Source: an uncultured Gemmatimonadales bacterium (lineage in GTDB: Bacteria; Gemmatimonadota; Gemmatimonadetes; Longimicrobiales; RSA9). Taken from it: a stretch of 64,000 nt of DNA. Shown one piece after another: positions 57,401-64,000 of this stretch. Position 1 is the first letter of the stretch. Each line of letters starts with the position of its first letter. The stretch is from positions 1,216,001 to 1,280,000 of the forward strand of contig CAWFKH010000003.1 of NCBI GenBank assembly GCA_963816355.1. Direction: 5' to 3'. Under the pieces are notes generated by a model. It searched no databases. It saw only the letters and a program-made list of their open reading frames with translations, and was not told the origin of the DNA. The translations under genes were made by a program, and so were the position numbers.

Positions 57401-58273
57401 ATGGACGCGGCGACGGATCGTGGTGGGACGTGGCGGGAGATCCTGGTCGAGGAGTTGTGGCAGCACCGGGACCTCCTGCACCAGTTGACGCTACGCGACA
57501 TCCGGATCCGATACAAGCAGGCGGCAATGGGGTTCGCGTGGGCGATCTTCATGCCGGCGCTGGTGGTGCTCGCGGGTTCGATGGTGCGCTTCGCGATGGG
57601 CTACATCTCGGGCAGCGACGTCTCGCGGGCGCAGATCGCGACGATCGCGGTGAAAGCGCTGCCGTGGTCGTTCTTCGTCGGCGCCATCGGGTTCGCGACC
57701 AATACGCTGATCGCGAACATGACGCTCGTGACGAAGGTGTATTTTCCGCGCGAGGTGTTGCCGATTTCGGCGACGCTGGCGCAGACGTTCGACTCGACGA
57801 TCGGCGGCGTCGCGCTGCTGTTCGTTTTGCCGGTGCTCGGGGTGCACTACAGTCTCACCGGCCTGTGGGCGATTCCGCTTCTCGTCCTGCTCTTCTGCTT
57901 CACGGCCGGGGCGTCGTTGTTCCTGGCGGCGGCGAACCTGTTCTTCCGGGACGTGAAATACATCGTGCAGGTCCTGCTGATGTTCGGAATCTTTTTCACT
58001 CCCGTCTTCTTCGAGCCGTCGATGCTGGGGCCTCTGGGGAGCAAGCTGGTGATGCTGAATCCGCTGGCGCCGATGATCGAGGGGATCCGCCTGGCGGTGG
58101 TGAACGGTCACGACCTGTTGCGGCCGTTGCTGGAGATCGACTCGCACGGCAGGCAGGTGGTGGCGTGGAGTCCGCTCTACCTGGTATACGCGGCCGGTTG
58201 GGGGGTGGGTGCGCTGGCGGTTTCGCTGCGCGTCTTCCACCGCCTCGAGCGGATCTTCGCGGAGTACGTGTGA
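57401..58273 (+). CDS. wzm: ABC-2 polysaccharide exporter permease
   Basis: RDIRIRYKQ..MG..W, KVYFPR, FFRDV, TPVFF, LNPLA..IEG.R; start uncertain (57272-57401). Confidence 0.9.
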   Translation: MDAATDRGGTWREILVEELWQHRDLLHQLTLRDIRIRYKQAAMGFAWAIFMPALVVLAGSMVRFAMGYISGSDVSRAQIATIAVKALPWSFFVGAIGFATNTLIANMTLVTKVYFPREVLPISATLAQTFDSTIGGVALLFVLPVLGVHYSLTGLWAIPLLVLLFCFTAGASLFLAAANLFFRDVKYIVQVLLMFGIFFTPVFFEPSMLGPLGSKLVMLNPLAPMIEGIRLAVVNGHDLLRPLLEIDSHGRQVVAWSPLYLVYAAGWGVGALAVSLRVFHRLERIFAEYV

Positions 58274-58275
58274 TC

Positions 58276-59523
58276 ATGGCGACGGCGACGCTCACGCCTC
58301 GGATCCGCTTCGACGGCGTGTGGAAGAAGTTCCGCAGGGGCGAAGTTCACGACAGTCTGCGGGACCTGATCCCTGCGATGACGCGCAGGCTCCTCGGACG
58401 CACGCCTTCGCGGAGCGAGCTTCAGCAGAGCGAGTTCTGGGCGGTGGAAGACATCTCTTTCGACGTCGGGCCGGGAGAGGCGATCGGGATCATCGGCCCC
58501 AACGGAGCAGGCAAGTCGACGATCCTGAAGCTGCTGACGCGGATCCTGCGACCGACGCGCGGGCGCTGTGACGTGCGTGGCCGCGTCGGAGCGTTGATCG
58601 AGATCGCCGCCGGCTTCCACGCGGATCTGACGGGGAGGGAGAACGTCTTCCTTCAGGGCGCGATCCTGGGTATGGAACGCGCCATGATCAAGCGCCAGTT
58701 CGACGAGATCGTCGCTTTCGCGGAGCTGGACGAGTTCATCGACACGCCGGTGAAACGCTACTCGAGCGGCATGAACGCGCGGCTCGGCTTCGCCATCGCG
58801 GCCCACCTCGACCCCGAGGTGCTGATCATCGACGAGGTGCTCTCCGTCGGCGACTACCGCTTTCAGCAGAAGGCGTTCGACCGGATCCGGGCGTTGTGCA
58901 CCAGCGGCATCCCGGTCGCGCTCGTGTCGCACCAGCTCGATCGCATCGCCTCGCTCTGCAGCACCGCGATCCTTCTGGACCGGGGACGCCTCGTCGTGCA
59001 GGGCGCGCCTTCGGAGTGCATCGCCGCCTACGTCTCCGGGCACACGGGCGAGGAAGCGACGCCGCAGGATGACGGCGTGCGTGTCGCGGTGGCGCTCGAG
59101 GGGGAGGGACCGGCCGCGCTGCTTTCGGGCGAGTGGATGACCCTCTCCGTGGAAGCCGAGGTCGACACCGACCTGCCCGACTCTGTGGGCGGGGTCAGCC
59201 TGCGCGTGCGCAACCTGTCGAACGGATACACGGTGTACGCGATCGACACGGACGAGCACGGCGCACCCCGCCTGGCGAAGGGGCGGCTCGACCTGTCGGT
59301 CGCGCTCCAGATGAACCTCGGTCAGGGGGTGTACGGCATCGAGGCGTACGTCTGGGATAGCGAGGGACGTCGCGCGCTCGCGCGCAGCGCGACGGTTCCG
59401 GTCAAGATCAGCACCGAAGCGGGTTTCCTCGGTTCGGCGCAGTTGAATGCCCGCCTGTGCAGCGGGGCCGGAGCGACGCGTCGCGATTCGAGTCCGCGCG
59501 CGGACGCGCTTTCCCGACCGTGA
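58276..59523 (+). CDS. wzt: ABC polysaccharide exporter ATP-binding protein with a C-terminal Wzt_C domain
   Basis: GPNGAGKST, LTGRENV, PVKRYSSGM.ARLGF, IIDEVLSVGD, VSH; C-terminal beta-sandwich-like extension. Confidence 0.93.
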   Translation: MATATLTPRIRFDGVWKKFRRGEVHDSLRDLIPAMTRRLLGRTPSRSELQQSEFWAVEDISFDVGPGEAIGIIGPNGAGKSTILKLLTRILRPTRGRCDVRGRVGALIEIAAGFHADLTGRENVFLQGAILGMERAMIKRQFDEIVAFAELDEFIDTPVKRYSSGMNARLGFAIAAHLDPEVLIIDEVLSVGDYRFQQKAFDRIRALCTSGIPVALVSHQLDRIASLCSTAILLDRGRLVVQGAPSECIAAYVSGHTGEEATPQDDGVRVAVALEGEGPAALLSGEWMTLSVEAEVDTDLPDSVGGVSLRVRNLSNGYTVYAIDTDEHGAPRLAKGRLDLSVALQMNLGQGVYGIEAYVWDSEGRRALARSATVPVKISTEAGFLGSAQLNARLCSGAGATRRDSSPRADALSRP

Positions 59524-59557
59524 GGGAACGCTCCGACCGCGGAGGGCAGGACCGCTC

Positions 59558-60510
59558 ATGACGCCGGAGCTCGTCGTTCTGGTTCCCACGGCCGGACGCC
59601 CCGATCTGCTGCGGCGGACGCTCGCCTCCCTGGCCGAGATGCCGGCTGCCGCCGGGCTACCGCGAAACGGTCGTGATCGAGAACGGCCCGGCGAGCGGAG
59701 CACGTGACGTGGTGGCCGCCTGTCCCGCGCCGCTGCGTGTCCGCTACCACCATCATCCCCTGGCCAACAAGAGCGCCGCGCAGAACGAGGTCGTCGCGGA
59801 CCTCGACGACTGTCTGGTGTTCTTCACGGACGACGACGTCCGCATCGACCCGGGTACGCTCGAAGGTCTCGCGAACGCGGCCGGCGACGCCGGCGATGGC
59901 GCCTTCTTCGGCGGTCCGATCGGCGTCGACTACGAGCACGAGCCGCCCGAATGGCTGAAGGCGTTCCTGCCCGGGTCGGCCCGCGGCTGGCACGGCGGGG
60001 ACACGCCGTACGACGTCCAGGAGCCGGTCTTCTTCGGCTGCAACTGGGCGGCGTTCTCACGCGACGTCATCGCGGTGGGCGCCTTTGACGTTCGCCGCGG
60101 ACCGGGCGGTACGAGTCGTGGAACGGGGAACGAGACGGACATGCAGATGCGGCTCCTCGAGAGTGGCGTCCGGGGCATCTACGTTCCCTCCGCCATGGTG
60201 TGGCACTACGTCCCCCGCGAGCGCTGCACCCCGCGCTGGGCGCTGGATCGTGCCTACCGCGGGGGCGTCGCCATCGGGCTCGACCACCGTCGCGACGATT
60301 CCAAGCGCTGGTTCGGCGTTCCGCGCTGGATCTACGGCGAGGTGCTCCGGAGCACGCTGCGTCTGCCGCTCGCGCTCGCCGGCGGTCGAGAAGCCCGGTT
60401 CCGCGCGCGGCGACGATTTCGCTACGCCGTCGGGCATGCTCAACGGCGTTCGGATCGCCAGCCGAAACCCGCCCGTCGACGCCGCGCTTGCTTCCAGGAT
60501 CGTTCGATGA
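59558..60510 (+). pseudogene. Glycosyltransferase family 2 with two +1 frameshifts (pseudogene or sequencing error)
   Basis: MTPELVVLVPT.GRP..L.RTL.SL joins VVIENG...FTDDD...GCNWA..NETD after removing an extra base at ~59639; a second extra base at ~60433 restores TGA 60510 and the ATGA coupling. Confidence 0.8.
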
Positions 60511-61731
60511 GCGGCGCGGCTTCTCCGACCCGACGCCCTCGTCGCGTGCGCATCGCGTTCTGCATCGACAACATGAACGTGGGCGGGACGGAGCTGAACG
60601 CAGTGCGCACCGCGGAGCTCCTCGATCGCTCGCGCTACGACCTCCGGGTGGTCTCGCTGGCCGGCGAAGGGCCGCTGCTCGCTCGCTACGAGGCGGCGGG
60701 AGTTCCCGTGAAGGTGATCCGACTGCGCAACCTGTACGGCCGCTCCGCGTTCGCGGCCGGGCTGGAGCTGGCGCGCTACCTGCGAAAGGAGCGCGATCGA
60801 CATCCTCCACGCGCACGACATGTACAGCAACGTCTTCGCATCGCCGTGGGCGCGCCTGGCGGGATGCGGCGTCATCGCGAGCAGGCGCTGGTGGATCGGG
60901 ACCGCCGCGCCGTGCGCTACCGGTCGCGAACCGCATGGTCCTACGTCGTTCGCGCACCACGTGCTCGCGAACTCGGAGCGGGTTGCGCGCATGCTGGCGG
61001 ACGCGGAGAAGGTGCCAACTCGAAAGATCCTCGTCGTGCGCAACTTTCTCGACGATGCGGCTTTTGGGCAGCCTGATCCTGGCTGGCGTGCCGAAATCCA
61101 CGCGCGCCTGAAGGTCCCCGCGGACGCGGTCATAATCGGGATGGTCGCTTCACTCAGCCCGTATAAGGACCACGCCACGCTTTTCCGGGCCGTCGCCGGG
61201 CTGAGATCGAGATCGACGCCATTTGTCTGCGTCCTGGTCGGTCGAGACGCGGGGGAGGGTGCGGCGCTCCGTGCCTTGGCGAGGGAGCTCGAGATCACCG
61301 AACTCGTGCGATATGCCGGCGAGCTACCGAACCGACCCAACCCGAACTTCCTTTTCGATGTGTCGGTCTTGAGCACGCGATCCGAAGGCTTGCCAAACTC
61401 CGTGTTGGAGGCGATGGCCGCCGGGCGTCCAGTGGTCGCGACGGATGTCGGAGCGGTCGCCGACGCGGTGGAGGATGGTGTCACGGGTCTGCTCGTGAGA
61501 CGCGGAGAGGCGGAGCACCTCCGCACCCGGCTGCAGGTGTTGTTGACGAACGAGGACAAACGTTGGCGTCTTGGGAAGGCGGGATCGGCAGCGGCTCGAA
61601 CGCGCTATTCTGCTGACGCATCTCTCGCCGAACTCCACGGAGCCTACGAGTCCGTGCTCGCTCGAGGCAGATCCCAACCCCGGGGCCTCGAACCGGGCAA
61701 ACGACCGATATTTCCGGGGAAGGTGGTTTAA
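60507..61731 (+). pseudogene. Glycosyltransferase family 4 with frameshifts (pseudogene or sequencing error)
   Basis: N-part GGTE..joins IDILHAH after an extra base at ~60795; three more +1 events at 60900-60948; C-part ANS, K.H..L, SEGLPNSVLEAMAAGRPVVATDVG. Confidence 0.8.
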
Positions 61732-61733
61732 CC

Positions 61734-63632
61734 TTGTGTGGAATTGCGGGTCTCGTCGGCTTCGACGACGTTGCCGAAGCGCACGATCGCATCGCGTCCA
61801 TGCTCGCCAAGGAGGCTCGCCGCGGTCCGGACGACGAGGGGGTTTGCGAGTGGCGCGGAGTCGTGTTCGGACACCGGCGCCTCGCTATTTTGGACCTGAC
61901 CTCTCGCGGCCATCAGCCGATGCGGAGCGAAGATGGTCGCCTCGGTGTCGTATTCAATGGCGCTATCTACAACTTCATAGAGCTGCGCGAGGATCTGCGA
62001 CGTTCAGGGGCGTCTTTCCGAAGCGGAACCGATACCGAGGTGCTGTTGCACGGTTATCGACGCTGGGGACTCGATGGGCTCGTGCGTCGCCTCAGGGGGA
62101 TGTACGCGTTCGCTTTGTGGGACGACGAGCGACGGCGCCTTTGCCTCGCGAGGGACCCGCTCGGGGTCAAGCCGCTCCTGTTCGCTGAATCCGGACCCCG
62201 TTTCGCATTCGCGTCGACGGCGGATGCGCTCGTGAAGGCCGGGTTCCAAACGGCTCTCGACGAAACCGCCATAACGCAGTTCCTTCAATTCGGCTTCGTC
62301 CCCGAGGGGTGTTCGATCTGGCAGGGCATCAGGAAGCTCCCGCCGGGATCCGTTCTCGAATGGCACGGAGGGAGGTCGTCCGAAAGAAGCTACTGGCAAC
62401 CGCCCGCTGCCGGTTCGAATGCACTCCCTTTCGACCAGGCCGTTGAAGGAGCCCGCGAGTTGTTTCTGCGCGCGACCGAGCGCCGCCTGCGCGCGGATGT
62501 TCCGGTCGGGGCGCTCCTGAGCGGTGGCATTGACTCGGGACTCGTGTGCTGGGCTTTGACCCAGCTGAACGCAGACGTTACCGCATACACGGTCGCTACG
62601 CCGGGAGAGACGTCGGACGAGGCGGCACTGGCGCGAAGGACGGCCCGTTTGCTGGGCTTGACGCATGAGGTGGTCACCGTCCCGGACGCTGGCGAGTCGC
62701 CGCTCGGCGAACTGGCCAACGCGTACGGTGAGCCCTTCGCGTGCGCCTCGGCTCTGGGCATGCTACGCCTGTCCCGGGCGGCCTCGTCGCGCGCGCGAGT
62801 CGTTCTCACCGGCGACGGCGGCGACGACGTATTCCTGGGTTATCCTAGACACCGTTTCCTGCTTGCGGCGCAAACCATAGCGAACCGACTTCCGTCGGGG
62901 GCACGAAGGTGGTGGGCGAGCGTGCGCCGCTTCACTCCCTCGTGGAAGTGGGCACGGCGTGCCGCCCACTTCGCGGATTATGCGACCGGTGGTCTCGGGT
63001 CCTTCGTGAACGCTGGCCCGGGCACGGCGTTCTTCGATTCCCGCGGCGTATGGGGGCCATTCTTTGCATCGGGCGGATCGCGGGCTCTACGCATCGATGC
63101 GTCCATGGAGTCGGCCAGAAGGGTTCTGGACGACTATCTGGAGTTCGACATCCATCATCAGTTCGTTTCCGAGTACTTGACCAAGGTGGACGGCGCGACA
63201 ATGTACTTCGGCGTCGAAGCTCGTTCACCCTTTCTCGATCAGGACCTCTGGGAATTCGCTGCCGGCCTGCCGTATGGTGTTCGTCTGCACCGGGGACGGT
63301 TGAAGGCCGTGCTTCGATCTCTTGCGACCGCGGGCCTGGGCCCTGAAGTCGCGAGAGGAAGGAAGCGGGGGTTCGAAATTCCTGCGCCGCAGTGGCTTCT
63401 CGGACCGTGGCGACAGACCGTCGTCACGGCCTTTCACCAGCCAGCTTCCGAGGAGCTCGGCCTGTTCGCGAAGGGTGCCCTGTCGCGCGTCTGGAACGAG
63501 TGTAGTGAGACCGGGACGGCACCTCTACAGCTGTGGTATATCCTGGTCCTGGAGCTCTGGCTCCGGAACCGGTCGCTCGCGTGGAGCCCGCCCCTTCCGC
63601 CTCTTGCTCCCGCAACCGGAGGCAGTCGCTGA
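61734..63632 (+). CDS. asnB: Asparagine synthase-like (glutamine-hydrolysing) amidotransferase
   Basis: MCGIAG (TTG start, Cys2), RGPD, GHRRLAILD, FNG.IYN, TDTE, RDPLGVKPL, LSGGIDS, LTGDGGD, E.RSPFLD. Confidence 0.93.
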   Translation: MCGIAGLVGFDDVAEAHDRIASMLAKEARRGPDDEGVCEWRGVVFGHRRLAILDLTSRGHQPMRSEDGRLGVVFNGAIYNFIELREDLRRSGASFRSGTDTEVLLHGYRRWGLDGLVRRLRGMYAFALWDDERRRLCLARDPLGVKPLLFAESGPRFAFASTADALVKAGFQTALDETAITQFLQFGFVPEGCSIWQGIRKLPPGSVLEWHGGRSSERSYWQPPAAGSNALPFDQAVEGARELFLRATERRLRADVPVGALLSGGIDSGLVCWALTQLNADVTAYTVATPGETSDEAALARRTARLLGLTHEVVTVPDAGESPLGELANAYGEPFACASALGMLRLSRAASSRARVVLTGDGGDDVFLGYPRHRFLLAAQTIANRLPSGARRWWASVRRFTPSWKWARRAAHFADYATGGLGSFVNAGPGTAFFDSRGVWGPFFASGGSRALRIDASMESARRVLDDYLEFDIHHQFVSEYLTKVDGATMYFGVEARSPFLDQDLWEFAAGLPYGVRLHRGRLKAVLRSLATAGLGPEVARGRKRGFEIPAPQWLLGPWRQTVVTAFHQPASEELGLFAKGALSRVWNECSETGTAPLQLWYILVLELWLRNRSLAWSPPLPPLAPATGGSR

Positions 63633-64000
63633 TGTGCGGCATCTGCGGGATCGTCGCGGCGGGCGTGGCCGAGCCCGGGGATCCGGGGGACACCGTGCTC
63701 GCGATGCGGGACGCGATGGTGCATCGGGGGCCGGACGATGCGGGAGTCTGGGTGTCGGAGGACCGTCGCGTCGCGCTCGGGCACCGTCGCCTGAGCATCG
63801 TCGACCTGAGCCCCGCCGGGCGCCAGCCGATGGCGAACGAGGATGGCAGTGTCCACGTCGTCTTCAACGGCGAGATCTACAACCACGTGGAGCTCCGCTC
63901 GGAGCTCGAAGCGCGCGGACACGTCTACCGTTCGCACACCGACACCGAGACCCTGGTCCATCTGTGGGAGGAGCACGGGCCGGACATGCTGCCGCTGTTG
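63632..64000 (+). CDS. asnB: Second AsnB-like amidotransferase, 5' part only
   Basis: Read manually: MCGICG..HRGPDD.G..LGHRRLSIVDLS..G.QPM.NE..VFNGEIYNH..TDTE; TGATG overlap with the first asnB. Confidence 0.92.
   Translation, partial: MCGICGIVAAGVAEPGDPGDTVLAMRDAMVHRGPDDAGVWVSEDRRVALGHRRLSIVDLSPAGRQPMANEDGSVHVVFNGEIYNHVELRSELEARGHVYRSHTDTETLVHLWEEHGPDMLPLL

Noticed and set aside
59673..61076. GT2-GT4 fusion protein
   Set aside because: Produced by the +1 frameshift at ~60433; correcting it restores two genes with ATGA coupling
61734..64000. Lasso-peptide cyclases
   Set aside because: Both have an intact Ntn glutaminase start (MCGI), lie among glycan genes, and no B protein or precursor is visible

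Overview
High-GC bacterial chromosomal window. The gene complement (ADOP permease, exosortase/PEP-CTERM, PorV-like barrel) suggests Gemmatimonadota or a similar lineage; this is inference only. The left ~44 kb is mostly housekeeping and metabolism: a B12 acyl-CoA mutase cluster (meaB, mutase large subunit with isobutyryl-CoA-mutase signature residues, B12-binding subunit, acyl-CoA carboxylase beta, ackA, AtuA-like gene), an aspS-phoH-7TM/HD-ybeY-DUF502-mgtE-ABC1 kinase operon, rlmN, panBCD followed by a degenerate GlmU-like gene and yqeK, rqcH/NFACT, and a trp cluster. The trp cluster is interrupted by an inverted lexA and by a HEAT + HD-GYP gene pair. The right ~20 kb is an exopolysaccharide/exosortase locus: Wza-like, Wzc, a degenerate REC-GGDEF protein, a sigma54 activator plus histidine kinase, priming transferase, exosortase, EpsI, a PEP-CTERM protein, glycosyltransferases, Wzm/Wzt and two AsnB-like amidotransferases. 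No tRNA, rRNA, CRISPR array, integrase or transposase was seen. The most unusual signals are: REP-like hairpin arrays with compensatory stem changes, a candidate lineage-specific SOS box, local GC-skew flips centred on AT-rich intragenic patches, a shared N-terminal domain in the HEAT/HD-GYP pair, a duplicated promoter module with a candidate small RNA, and a cluster of +1 frameshifts.
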